Below, piece after piece: positions 38,370 to 52,639 of a stretch of DNA of 64,000 nucleotides. The stretch's first letter is position 1, and every line of letters begins with the position of its first letter. The notes under the pieces are model-generated. The model searched no databases and was not told where the DNA came from. It saw only the letters and a list, made by a program, of their open reading frames with translations. Origin of the DNA: Octopus vulgaris (lineage: Eukaryota); assembly GCA_951406725.2 (NCBI GenBank), contig OX597818.1, positions 75,702,001 through 75,766,000 of the forward strand, read 5' to 3'. Made by a program: the position numbers and the translations under genes.

Positions 38370-39866
38370 GAATCGAAGGGCCTTAGAATCAACATAGCTA
38401 AAACCAAAGTCTTAATAAGTAGGAAGGCAGACAAACCACAAATCCCTTCAGGTAGATGGCCCTGTTTGATCTGTAGAAAAGGCGTAGGTAAAAACTCCAT
38501 AAGATGTACTCAGTGTAAGCTATGGACACATAAGTGCAGCAATATCAAAGGAAGGCTAACTGAGAAGATAGTTTTGGGATGTGGCAAATGTTCAGGAGCA
38601 ATAAACACTGAAAATGTGCAGAGAACAGCTTCTGTCACATTCCAGGGAGAAAAACTACAAGTTGTTGATAGCTTCCATTACCTAGGTGACCAAGTCAGTA
38701 GCTGGGGTGGAGGCTCTGTAAGTGCAGCTGCTACAATAAGAATAGCCTGGACAAAGTTCAGAGAGCTCCTACCTCTGCTGGGAACAAAGGGCCTCTCACT
38801 CAGAGTAAAAGGTAGATTGTATGACACATATGTACGAACAGCCATGCTACATGGCAGTGAAATATGAGCCATGGCTGCTGAGGACATGCGTAAGCTTGCA
38901 AGGAATGAAGCCAATATGCTCTGTTGGATGTGTAATGTCAGTGTGCATACACGACAGAGTGTAATTGCCGTGAGAGAAAAGTTGGACTTGAGAAGCATCA
39001 GATGTGGTGTGCAAGAGAGACGACTGCGTTGGTATGGTCATGTGTTGCGAATAGATAAGGGCAGCTGTGTAAAAAAGTGTCACACCCTAGCAGTTGAGAG
39101 AACCTGTGGAAGAGGTTGACCCATGAAGACCTAGGATGAGGTGGTGAGGCACGACCTTTGAAAACTGGGCCTCTCTGGGGCAATGACTAGTGACCAAGAC
39201 CTTTGGAGATATGCTGTGCTTTAGAAGACCCGACAAACCAAGTGAGATCATAGCCCATGGCCTATGCCAGTGAGTGTAACCAGCCCACTTATGAATACCT
39301 CTCATTCATTGGACAATAAACTTTCCTTGTGAAGACCTATTGAAGCAAGTGAAATCAAAATCAAAATCGCTGACGTCGCCAATGATAGTACCACCTGATT
39401 GGCACTTGTGCCAGAGGAACATTAAAAGCACCATCCAAGTGTGATCATTGCTAGGGCCGCTGATTGACTCCCTTGCCAGTGGCACATAAAAAGCACCATT
39501 CGAGTGTGATCATTGCCAGCGTCACCTTACTAGCACATGGGCCAGTGGCATGTGGAAAACAACATTTGAGCGTGGTCGTTGCCAGTGCTGCTGGACTGTC
39601 TTCTGTGCAGGTGGCACATAAAAAACACCTTTTGAGCATGGTCATTGCCAGTACCACCTGACTGGCCCTCGTGCCAATGACATGTAAAAGCACCCACTAC
39701 ACTCTTGAGTGGTTGGCGTTAGGAAGGGCATCTAGCTGTAGAAACTCTGCCAGATCAAATTGGAGCCTGGTGCAGCCTTCTGGCTCGCCAGTCCTCAGTC
39801 AAACTGTCCAACCCATGCCAGCATGGAAAGCAGACTTTAAACGACAACAATGACGATGATGATGAT
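38370..39866 (+). mobile_element. 5'-truncated RTE LINE
   Basis: ORFs 38292-38867 and 38871-39119; (GAT)n tail. Confidence 0.92.
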
Positions 39867-39942
39867 TTATATATATATATATATATTTATGGAGATGTAC
39901 TTGCATAGTGAGTGACTTGATCTGAGATCGTGTGCTGGAACG

Positions 39943-40233
39943 AAAACAACTGCAGCGTGGAAGGTGTTTATAAGCCATTTAAGAAACACACAAAAACCGT
40001 TAGATTCACTTCAACATTTAAATTTGATTTGTCAAAATATTTTTGTCGCTTTGAGACCGTGACCTGTTCACTGACAAAACTTGGTGCTGCACAAAGTTTT
40101 GTCAGTGAACAGGTCACGGTCTCAAAGCAACAAAAATATTTTGACAAATCAAATTTAAATGTTGAAGTGAATCTAACAGTTTTTGTGTGTTTCTTAAATG
40201 GCTTATAAACACCTTCCATGCTGCAATTGTTTT
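39943..40233. repeat. Near-perfect 140-bp-arm palindrome containing a G3-C8 hammerhead-like motif
   Basis: Arms 39943-40082 and 40094-40233 with an 11-bp spacer and only a few mismatches (the mirror ORFs in the track reflect this). Confidence 0.9.
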
Positions 40234-40833
40234 TGTTATATATACATATATATATATAATATATCATTAATAATCAACATATGTTACACAGTGACTCATG
40301 GGTTGAATTTCATATGTTGCCAATGCAAAAATCTCTCAGTACTTGAGTCCCTCTGTAACTTCTACTGATAATTAATATATATTTATATACACTCATATTT
40401 TGAGTTAGGTTTTCGTGTTTATACCATCAAACACACACACACACATATCATTTAACTTGTTTTGGGCAAATGTTTCAGAATGCACTGTGAACAGCTCCTA
40501 TTCTTCTTCTTGTCGGCTACCACCTGTTATTCCCATCTTCCTGTGTAATCCTATGGGATGGTTATGCATGTAGAACTCCTTTCAGCTTCGGATGAATATA
40601 ATAACAAAGATGACTTGTGGAGGGAGAGTTTTAGAATTTATTAATGCATTGTGATATATATGTTTCTGCATCTGACATGCTCATTTGTGAGGACATTTTC
40701 AGATTCATAGGATATTATTAAAGATTATTTATAATATCTAATAATGCATATTCATCCTAAGCTATAAGAAGTTCCATGTTTGTGTGTGTATCCCTTAGAG
40801 GCTTTAAACACCTCTAACTTATACCTGCATATG

Positions 40834-40864
<31 letters not shown>

Positions 40865-41364
40865 GTAAACCATCTATGAGTCCATAAGTCAGGAAAAAAA
40901 TGCACCTGTATATCTGTCAGTAGAATGGGTATATTAGTTGAAGTGTAGAGTATTATATATATAAGGAGCAGTTGCCATATTTCATTCCATAACGTCTACC
41001 TCTGAAGAGAGCTGAGTTACATAATCAGACTGTTACATAACACCCTGTTGAACCCCTATTGTGAAACTGATTAGTATGATCAGCCATGATTGATTAATAC
41101 ACACATACATCATCCTCATCATCATCTTTTAACGTCTACTTTCCATGCTGGCATAGGTTGGACAGTATAACTGAGGACTGGCAAGCCAGGAGGCTGTGTC
41201 AGGCTCCATTCTGTTCTGGCAAGGTTTCTGCAACTGGTTGCCTTTCTTAATGCCAACCACTCCAAAAGTGTAGTGGGTGTTTTTTATGTACCACTGGCAT
41301 GGGGGCCAGTCAGGTGGCATTGGCAACGACCACGCTCGAATGGTGCTTTTTACATGCCACCGGT

Positions 41365-41407
<43 letters not shown>

Positions 41408-41419
41408 GTGTGTGTGTGT

Positions 41420-41452
<33 letters not shown>

Positions 41453-41724
41453 TCACAGATTTCGTGTATCTAACCTACAAATTCCTTAGTTTTCTTTTTC
41501 ATGATAATAATGATTCTTTCAGATTTTGGGACAAGGCCAGCAATTGTTTTAGAGTGGGGTAGTTAGTCAATTATATTTAACTCCAGTGCTCAACTGGTAT
41601 TTATTTTATTGATCCCAAAAGGATGGTAGGCAGAATTTGAACTCTGAACATAAAGAACTGACAGTAGTAAAGTTTGAACCTTTGACTTTACAATGTCTTG
41701 ATTAGTTTAACTTATTAACTACAG

Positions 41725-41829
41725 GTGAAAGAAAATCGTTTGAAGCGAGAAAATGACATTAATCAAAAAAGACAAGAGCAGCAGATGAAAAAAGAAGCTC
41801 ACTTGAAAGCTTACCAAAGAATTATGAAG
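41725..41829 (+). CDS. CCDC191: CCDC191 coding exon (VKENRLKRENDINQ...AYQRIMK)
   Basis: ctacag/gtaagt; VKENRL.RE is the CCDC191 signature; phase 0/0. Confidence 0.94.
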
Positions 41830-41917
41830 GTAAGTAGGACATATTAGCTTCTTGTATGTGTGTATTTGTATGTATATGTGTATATATGTGTGTATATGTG
41901 TATGCATTTACATATAT

Positions 41918-43015
<1,098 letters not shown>

Positions 43016-43035
43016 TATGTCTGTTCATGTGCATA

Positions 43036-43072
<37 letters not shown>

Positions 43073-43249
43073 TGAACCACAAAAGAAATATTGCATACAT
43101 ACTAAATGGAAACCAGTTTATTAGCAGACTGCCATAGCATTGATTGAAGAGAGCTAATTTAGAAAGTGTTCTTTCCCAATGATAAAACATCATTTCCCAA
43201 AACATGTTTGACGTCATGGTCTCACATGATGACAGAGTGCCCTAAATCC

Positions 43250-44110
43250 AAAGATATGAACTCAATATCCCATGTTACCACCATTAATGTTGATTACTGC
43301 CAAGCATATTCTGTACATTGAATGCACCAAATGATTGATGAAGGCCATGGGGATAGCTGCCCACACTCTTAAAACTTACAGGGAGTTGTGCTGCAGTTGT
43401 CGCCCTTGGATGGATGTCATTTAGCCTTTTTTGGGATTTCGTCCCACAGGTGCTCTATGGGGTGTAAGTCTGGACTTAGGGCAGGTCATGGCAGTGTCTG
43501 GATGTTGTGCTGTTGGAGGAAGTCAGTTGTCAACCTGGCAGTATGGACATGGACATTGTCATGTTGGAACACATGATTCCAATGATGAGCAACGTATGGC
43601 ACAGTGTGAGGCATCAACACTTGGTTTAATGTAGCGAGCAGTGGTTACTCCATTGCCCCGGCCTTAAACTATGTTTTGGTAGACCACTGGTTCAAATTTC
43701 TGGTTGAGTGCAATCCTGCCCCATAGCATGATGCTCTGTCCTCCTTATGAGCCTCTCTCCATCACACATCCATCAGCATGACATTCACCCTTTCTCCAAA
43801 CCCTAGTGCTGCCATTGTCACAGAAATGCAATATCAACTGTCATCAGAGAAGACTACAGTCCTCCACTGCTATTCGCCAGTTCTGACATTTTCAAGCCCA
43901 CTGCAGACATGCCCGTTGATGATGATCTGTGAGGATGAGGACATTAGTAAGACAGATTGAAAGATCTCAGCTGGTGGCGAACTCTCTCTACCCAAATGGG
44001 TCTATGGTGAGTCCATGTGGTCTGCCTAGCTGATTCCATTGTCCTCTGGAATCAGTCCTGCAAGTGCTGTCAGTGCAGGTGGTGATCTTGATGGCCATTT
44101 GGTCTACATC
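43250..44110 (-). mobile_element. Old Tc1-like transposase remnant
   Basis: Minus-strand remnants of FSDDS, QHDN and SPDL.PIEHLW motifs; boundaries approximate. Confidence 0.6.
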
Positions 44111-44139
44111 ACAGTACATATACACACCTGAACACATAA

Positions 44140-44490
44140 GCACATGGCTCCAGTTTCAGTTCCACTGTGTGGCACCTTGGACAAGTGTCTTCTACTATAG
44201 CCTGAGGCCAACCAAAGCCTTATGAGTGGATTTGGTAGATGGAAACTGAAAGAAGCCTGTCATATATGTGTGTGTGTCTTTGTGTCTGTGTTTGTCCCTC
44301 CATCACCGTTTGACAACCAGTTTTGGTGTGTCTACATACCTGTAACTTAGTGATTCGGCAAAAGAAACCAATAAAATAAGTACTAGGCTTAAAAATTAAG
44401 TCTTGGGGGGTCGAGTTGTTCAATTAAAATCCTTCATGGTGGTGCTCCAACATGGCCACAGTCAAATGACTGAAAGAAGTAAAAGTATAA
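44140..44490 (+). mobile_element. tRNA-SINE (same family as 18450)
   Basis: Homology to 18450-18838. Confidence 0.82.
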
Positions 44491-44624
44491 AAGAATACTT
44501 CATACTCATAGTATTTATGAAGATACATACGTGTGCAGACATATTCGCATATGTGTTTACATACCATGACTGAGTGTGCATATACAGTATGTAAACACTC
44601 CTTTGTATGTAAGTATGCACATAT

Positions 44625-44823
44625 ACTCTTTTACTTGTTTCAGTCATTTGACTGTGGCCATGCTGGAGCACCGCCTTTAGTCGAGCAAATCGACCCCAGG
44701 ACTTATTCTTTGTAAGCCTAGTACTTATTCTATCGGTTTCTTTTGCTGAACTGTTAAGTTATGGGGACGTAAACACATCAGCATCGGTTGTCAAGCGATG
44801 TTTGGGGGACAAACACAGACACA

Positions 44824-44879
<56 letters not shown>

Positions 44880-45052
44880 CATATATACGATGGGCTTCTT
44901 TCAGTTTCCATCTACCAAATCCACTCTCAAGGCTTTGGTCAGCCTGAGGCTACATTAGAAAACACTTGCCCAAGATGCCACGCAGTGGGACTGAACCCAG
45001 AACCATGTGGTTGGTAAGCAAGCTACTTACCACAGCCTCTCCTATGCCTGTA
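44625..45052 (-). mobile_element. tRNA-SINE (same family as 18450), full length
   Basis: Reverse-complement homology to 18450-18838. Confidence 0.85.
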
Positions 45053-45920
45053 TATGTCTGAGTACTCTTTAGTGTTTGAACCAGCCATATCTGGCCCAAA
45101 TATTCTACCTGTTTTATGTTCAAAGCATCAGTCTTGAAGCTACAAGAAAATGCATGATTAATTCAAGCAATATAAATAAGCTTTATATTTGATAGAGTAA
45201 TCTAAATGCTAAAAACTGAACTTCTCATCACTTGGCGTAAAGCCACCTCTCTCAAAACTACTCCTCACTCAGTTAAAGATTCTTATCTTGTCAGTTACTT
45301 AGTGAACCCATTAGTGCCACTGCCATATTAAATGACGATGACATGTGAGCTGTATTGTTAAGACAGACAGGTAGGACCATGTAGTTAGGAAGTTCACTTC
45401 CCAATCATCTGATTCTGGGTTCAGTCTCACTGCATGATACTTTAGCCAAATGTCTTTTATTGTAGCTTTGATTTAATCCAGACCATATAAATGTAAAGGG
45501 GTGGATTGAAAGTGTATAAAAACCCATTCAATAGATTTTATACTTTCTTAGTATAAAAGTCACTCAACTTATTAGCATGAAATTGTTGGACTAGATCCGG
45601 GAAGTTAAATAAGTTATTCCAAAATTGATTCATAACAGGATTAGCCAAGAGAAAATGGAGTTTGGCCTTGTGTCAGGAAGAGGTTATATATATATTAGTA
45701 TAAAAGTCACTCAACTTATTAGCATGAAATCTCTTTCAGAAAGAGAGACTCCAGCCTTTGAGCTATAGTTGTGCTGTCTCGTCTGTCTTTTCAACCACTA
45801 CTATAATGGCCTCTACTCCTCAAATCTTGCTTGTAATGGTGGGGGTGGGGGTATTATTGCATGGTGATTACCATTTGAAAGTTCATGTCTTTTTAAACTT
45901 TCATTGCTATGATATTTCAG

Positions 45921-46039
45921 GAAGAGAGATTAAAAGCAATAAAGCACCAACAAGAAGAGCGAGAGATTCAAAAACAGATGGCAGCTATACGAAGACAGAT
46001 GCTGGCAGAGAAAAAGGAACAGAAAGGAAAGAAACAAGA
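45921..46039 (+). CDS. CCDC191: CCDC191 coding exon (EERLKAIKHQQEEREIQKQMAAIRRQM...)
   Basis: tttcag/gtttgt; matches 'EEEEIQREMVKLRRE'; phase 0/2. Confidence 0.9.
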
Positions 46040-46263
46040 GTTTGTATTTTTTATACATTTTATATATTCTTAATCATAAAGTGCAGGCATGGTTGTGTGG
46101 TTTAGAGGTTTGTTTCCCAAACACATGTTTTTGGTTTCAGTCCCAGCACATAACATCTTGGCCCTTGTATCCTCTACTATAGCTCCAGAATGACCAAAGC
46201 CTTGTGAGTGGATTTCATTGATAGAACCTGAAAGAAGTTCATCGTGTGTCTGTGTTGTGTGTG

Positions 46264-46303
<40 letters not shown>

Positions 46304-48028
46304 GAATGTGTGTGTGTGTATGTATGTTAGTGTTTCCTTGTCTTTGCATAACACAATAATTGTAAATAAGTTTTGCTATCATACAAGCAGTATCCTTTGT
46401 TTCCAGTCTTCCATGAAATCACAGCTGGTCAAGGGGAAATATTACCTTACTTGGAAAACGGTGGTGGGGTGGGGGTTGACAGGAAGGGTATCCGGCTGTA
46501 GAAATTCCATCTCACCCATGCAAGCATGGAAAAGTGGATGTTAAAGCAATGATGATAATGATTATTTTTTTTGCCCAAAGTAAATAACTACTTCTCTTAG
46601 GGTTTAGCTCTGTCAAATCCTACAAGCTCATTGAGCTACACCTGATTCTAGTTTCTGTAGCATATAACTAGGCAGATGTACAATATGGCCCCCCTTTCAT
46701 GTTGGAACACCATTCCATCCCAGACTTAACTCTCAGCTGATGCTTGTAATTATCTTCAGTTGAGTGAACTGGAGCCATAAGCATCACATGGCTCCATACT
46801 GTGCCGGTTTTCTCTCTTACATCCTACATCTGACTTCCCTTTTCTCTCTGATGATTTGCATTCACCCATTCATGCACACTAACATTGCACATCTAGCAGA
46901 GCATGCTTGCTTCATTTATTTTGATTATTCATAAATCCTCTGCATTCAATACCTACATCTTGCTTTCATTTCAGCATCACACTTCGTACACAAACATTAT
47001 ACAATTTACCATTTACTCTGAGAGAGAAATTCTTTGTTACCAACAGACGGAACTGTCCCCAGAACCCTTTTCCAATCTGTTCTTACTCCAGTTACAATAC
47101 TGCCCTTACTAATTAGATTATTCAGCTAACAAAAGTTGTTAAGTCATTCTGAGAGAGTCTTTCTAGCATGCGAAAGGATCTATTTCACGTGTAGTCTTCT
47201 TGCTGTTTGCTATCGTGCATCCGCTACATACAAACCCCACTTTCTCTGTCAGCCTGCCTTTGATACACTACATTTCTTGTGTATTTGTTGTTTACATTAA
47301 GTACATTGTATGGAATTTCTCTCTGTTCCTTCTCTGTGAATCTGTGAATAAATTTTAAGTAATCATTTCAAAAATTTTAAACTCTCAATAATATTTGAAA
47401 TGTGTTATGTAAACTTACATTGCTGTTTAAGCATTTTTTTATATGCATTGCTGTGGACACATTACTGTATATACATTGTTGTGTAAACATTGCTGTGTTG
47501 TGTAAACAGGAGTGTGCAGTTGAGTTGAAAACATGTTCTACTGATTATGTAAATGAAGCAGCTGTAAGATATTTATTGAGGCAAACATTCAAAAGAGCAG
47601 TTTACTATTGCCTTCTCCAGGATGATATGAAATCTAAAGAATGTTCCCAGACCTGGTATAAATTCTAGCTTGAGGCAATGTAACTTTAAGTGGCCTGCTT
47701 AAAAATACTATGGAATATCTATAACAGATTTGAACTCAAAACATATGAGCTGGCAGCTCAATACTATTATCATCTCTACATACATCATAGAAGCTTTATT
47801 TTAAATGCTGGGAAGATGGTTAACATCAAAGTGTGTATAACCTGTCTGACCATTTTTAGTAAGTTCATATATTTTCTGTACGAAACCAAAGTTCTTAATG
47901 TGTGTAATGTTAGGACTCTTCTAAATGTATTATTTAGTACATTACATGAATGCCTCCAAATCTATTCTTTCCCTTCTTCTGATCCAAGGGACCTTAACCC
48001 TAACCTCTAACTATCCAATTTCTCCCAG

Positions 48029-48191
48029 ACAAATCCAACTTACCAATGATTGTCCTCAGCAACCAGCAACTGAAATAACCCCACATAAGAATTTCTCCAG
48101 CATTGAACAATGCACCACAATGGCTAAGACAGAACAAAAAATGGCCAAGTATGAAGCTTTGAAAGTCAAACAGAAAGCTATCAACATACAG
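48029..48191 (+). CDS. CCDC191: CCDC191 coding exon (QIQLTNDC...KVKQKAINIQ)
   Basis: The acceptor giving phase-2 continuity (ttctcccag); CAG|gtatga donor in phase 0. Confidence 0.75.
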
Positions 48192-48419
48192 GTATGACAT
48201 CTTTAATGCTAAATGATACAAAAGTAATCTGAAGGTGATGTAGGGATGAGAATAGCTTACTGTAATTAATTTCTATATTCTGAACTCAAATCCTTCAATT
48301 TTTTTTTCCTCTGAAGTCAGTGGAACAAATATACTTCTTACAGAGCATCGTTGCTAGCATGGAAAGCTGTTATAATACAATGTTGATGATGATCTCTCTC
48401 TCTCTCTCTCTTTCACACA

Positions 48420-49084
48420 CACAGTTGGTGGGAACTTAGTATGCATGAACATTGGAGCCTCATTCAGGTCTTTGCATAATCATCTACCATTCTTTTGGTT
48501 TACTTTTTGGCCCTGATTGAAGCTTTTCCCATTAGAGATAAACCCAAACATTCCAGCCTCTTAGTGATTTAACTTGTTTAGCAAGCACTTTGCATGGATA
48601 AAATAATTAATTCTTGTCACATCTGACATAAACTGACCCCCTCCACATCACATACGACTTATACTGGATATCCTCATGCACAACTCTTCTGATGGTGCAT
48701 TCTGAAACCTTGAAGTCCTCTGCAATGGCCTGGATTGACTTTCTGGAGATTTTTATCAAGTTTTTTTCTTGGAATTTTTTTACAAAGTTATGTATTCTGA
48801 TGGTACTAGGACTCTCTATATGCATTTTGCATTTAGCTGCTGATGTTGGATGTCTGACAGCAGCTCCCTGCTCCTTTCAAGTTTTGACAACAAAGGATTG
48901 GGTAACTTTCAGGAAGCAGGCTATCTTTGTATTATTATGCTGTGCTTTTAAGGTGATGATTACAGTGCACCTTTTCATTTGCTGAGTCAACCTGATTTCT
49001 GATATTATTTAGATTAAAAAAATAAGTTAGGAGAAAGTTAGAGCTCTTGAAAGAGGTATACTCAAAAAACTAATGCACCCTCTA
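48420..49084 (-). mobile_element. Partial maT/DD37D-like transposon
   Basis: Reverse complement of the 5' part of 52640-53849, including the TIR; VSECTIRRVVHEDIQYKSY. Confidence 0.8.
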
Positions 49085-49085
49085 T

Positions 49086-49136
<51 letters not shown>

Positions 49137-49688
49137 ATGTGCGTGTGTGTGTGCGATATGTGCAGTGTGGCTGTGTAGTTAAGAAAACCTTGCTCCCCAA
49201 TCATGTAGTCTTGGGTCAGTCCCACTGTGTGGCACTTTGGGTGAGTGTCAACCATGCCAACCCATAGCCTTGTAAGTGGATTTGGTAGACAGAAACTGAA
49301 AGGAGCCCATCATGTGTGTGTGTGTGTGTGTGTACTTTTGTTTCAACATAATGTCATCATAAATAAGAGCCATTCCTTTTCAATCTCCCATGTAAACATG
49401 TCCAGCTTTGAGGCCATGGAAGAATATTACGTTGCTTGAAAACAGGTGAAGGTTGGTGACAGGAGGTAGATTTGGCTGCAGAAAAATCTACCTTGTTGAA
49501 TTCTGTCTGACCCATGCAAGTATGGAAAAGTAGATGTTGAAATGGAGATGATAATGATAATGATGATGGTGGCGGTGGTGGTGGTGATGATGATGATGAT
49601 GATGACGACGACAACGACGATAATGATGATGGCGGTGGTGGAAGAGGAGGTGGAGGAGGATATATATATATGTATTTATATATTTCAG

Positions 49689-49879
49689 ATTTTACAACGA
49701 CATTTTATGGCTTGGACAAGTGTCATATTACAGAAAAGGGTGAGATATGGAAAGGTTTCTGCTCTGGCTGACTGGAAGTTATTGCTACGTCATTGGAATG
49801 CATGGAAATCCTTGTCAATGCAGAATAAAATGGAGAAAGAATTGCAAGTTCACCAACAGAACATGAGAGAATGTCAAAG
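49689..49879 (+). CDS. CCDC191: CCDC191 coding exon (ILQRHFMAW...GKVSALADWKLLLRHWNAWK...)
   Basis: tttcag/gtgtgg; matches 'RYFAAW...GKAGTLSDWKIQLKVLRAW'; phase 0/2. Confidence 0.94.
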
Positions 49880-50379
49880 GTGTGGTTTGTATAATTACAC
49901 TCAGAGAAAGATGTTGAGTTTATTTAACATACAGTCTCAAAGGAGAAATTTTTCTCCCAAACAATATCCCACGGCAAGTGCTGTTCCACATTTGAATGTA
50001 GAAGAATGTGTTATAAAGACTATTGACTACATCTTGGGAGCCTTTTCAAGAAATTGAGAGAAACTATTTCTTGGGAATATTCTATGCTAAATGCAACCTG
50101 CCACATTTGAAGGCTATCTTTGCTGTTAACCTGCCTGCCATCCTACTGCATCTCTTGTGTTACCATTGTTTACAATTGTTTACATCTACACACTCTATAT
50201 GGAGCACAACTATTTCCCAGATAACATCAGTGTCCTGTCTTCTCTTCTACTTTCATGTCTTTTATTTTGGCCAAGTTTTCTTCAAAATCCTTCTGTTCCA
50301 ACTTTTGCTTCCATGTCTGTAGTTTTACTTCAAATCTTACATGGATCCTTTTATAAGAACAAGGTCATCAGCATACAGA

Positions 50380-52130
50380 AGTCCCCATGAACAACCAGTC
50401 TTAAACTCCTCTGTTATGATTTAAAAGTACATAATGAACAGGCATGGCTGTCTGCTTCCCAACCACATGGTTTCAGGTTCAGTTCCACTTCATGGTACCT
50501 TGGGCAAGTGTCTTTTACTATAGCCCCAAACTGACCAAACTTAGTGAGTGGATTCTGTAGATGGAAAGTGAAACTGATTGTTTATATGTGTATGTTACTG
50601 TGTCTTTGCCTTGACATATGATAGCTGTATGCAAGTGTTATGGACAAAAATAAGCAGTGTCCTTGATTTTCAATCTTATGAGACATCTCTGGTTATGGGG
50701 AAATATTACCTAACTTGAAGACAGGTGAGGGTTGGTGACAGGAAGGACATCTGGCTGCAGAAAACCTGCATCAACAAATTACATCTGATCCATGCTAGTG
50801 TAGTAAAGTGGACATTAAAACTCTGCTGATGATAACAGGAAGGCTGAAGAATGACCCCTATCTGCTTGCTGAATTCATTTCTGTACTCATTGTTAACTCT
50901 CACTTCAATAACTGTCCTTTGTATATAGTTTGCATTTCCCTCACTAGCCATTCATCTACTCCTAACTTCTTTAGTGCCCACCAGATGACAGAGTGAGGTA
51001 TTCTGTCAAAAGCTTTCTTTAAATTTACAAATGCTAGATATAGAGGCCTATATCCAGATAAGTATTTCTTTTGCAGTTGTCTCACTAGGAAGATGGGCAT
51101 TGATGCTACCTCTTCCTGATACAAGGCCAAACTCCATTTTCTCTTGGCTAATACGGTTATGAATCAATTTTGGAATAACTTATTTTTAACTTCCAAGATC
51201 TAGTTCAACAATTTGATGTATCAATGGTTTCCTCTCTTTGTACATCTCCTTTACATTTGTAACAGTTTTTAATAATGCTGCTGCACCAGCCATTGGGTAT
51301 GATGCCTTCTTGTATCACCTAATTAAGTATTTTAGTAACTAATCTATAACCTATTTTGCCAGATATTTTAGGCATCTCCAGCAACTATTTCTAAAGCACC
51401 AGCTGTTTCCACAGTCTTCATATCCTTAATTGCCTTATCTGTCATACTGCTTCCAACTTCTATGACCAGTTTCTGTGTTGGATCTACTTGAGAGCAACCC
51501 TCTCTCTTCCATGTATTCTCTATGTCCTCATTTAGCATCTGTTTTCCATACTGGCATGGGTTAGACTTGTAAGTCAGAGAGTTGTACCAGACTCCAGTTT
51601 GATTTGGCTTGGTTTCTACCATTGGATGCCCTTCCTAATGCCAACCACTCCAAGAGTGTAGAAGATGCTTTTTACATGTCACTGGCATAGATCCCGTTTA
51701 TGTGTCACTGGCACTGTCCACAACTTATTTCACTGGGCTTGATGTATCTTCTCAAGCACAGCAAATTGGCAAAAGTCTAGTTCACATGTTATTGCCTTCG
51801 TGAAACTCAACATCTGAAGATCATGTTTCATCACCTCAATACTTCCATATCACTTTTTTTATTGTCATTGAGTGCAAAGGTGCTGTTATCATTCTATATA
51901 TACTTCTTGAAACATCTCAATTCTCTCTAGTACACTTGTCTCATTATTCTGAACAGTACATATCTCTGATCTCCCACCAAAGAACATGTGCAAATGTCTT
52001 TTTTTCTGCCTCTTCTTTTGCCAAGTATACCTGATATATAGCTTCTCTTCTCGCTATTTGATACTTTTCTTTGCCAGCTCTTTCTTCTAGTGTGTCCAGA
52101 CCTGACTCTTATCTTTCATAGCTCTGTCTA
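50380..52130 (-). mobile_element. Old RTE LINE fragments interrupted by SINE and RTE-tail pieces
   Basis: ORF 50900-51130 contains LYLAFVNLKKAFDRIP; boundaries approximate. Confidence 0.75.
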
Positions 52131-52230
52131 CAACATTATTCCATCACCAAGCAGGCAGGTGGATGGATGAATGGAGGGATATAATAAAACCCATACAAAT
52201 AATTATTTTGAATGAGAATATAAATATGAT

Positions 52231-52599
52231 TTATACAGTTCTATATTTAAGAGATGAGGAATTATGTACATTATTTACATTTGACGGATATTTGTCCTCA
52301 TCTTTGTTGTTAACACAACGTTTCAGCTGATATACTCTCCTGCCTTCATCAGTTGTCTTGGGGAAATTTTGAACCTGGGTTCTCATTCCTAAGGTATTTT
52401 TCGATGTTATTATTATTATCATTATTATTATTGTTATTATTCAGGTCACTGCCTGGAATTGAAAAATACCTTAGGAATGAGAACCCAGGTTCGAAATTTT
52501 CCCAAGACACCTGATGAAGGCTGGAGGGTATATCAGCCGAAACGTTGTGTTAACAACAAACAAGATGAGGACAAATATCCGTCAAATGTAAATAATGTA
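52231..52599. mobile_element. Fold-back element with inverted arms and hammerhead ribozyme
   Basis: Arms 52267-52402 and 52461-52599; (TAT)n and B-box remnant in the spacer. Confidence 0.85.
52506..52551 (+). ncRNA. Minimal type-I hammerhead ribozyme
   Basis: GACAC-CUGAUGA-A-GGCUG(loop)CAGCC-GAAA-C-GUU^GUGUU: stem I GACAC/GUGUU, stem II 5-6 bp, palindromic AACGUU stem III. Confidence 0.8.
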
Positions 52600-52639
52600 A
52601 ATATAATTTATTTAAAGAATTTTTTTTTAATGTAATGTA

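Noticed and set aside
39930-40267. Mirror-image ORFs on both strands
   Set aside because: A consequence of the palindrome; no protein family features.
40990-41075. CTGAAGA...GAAAC possible hammerhead
   Set aside because: Consistent stems I and II could not be formed.
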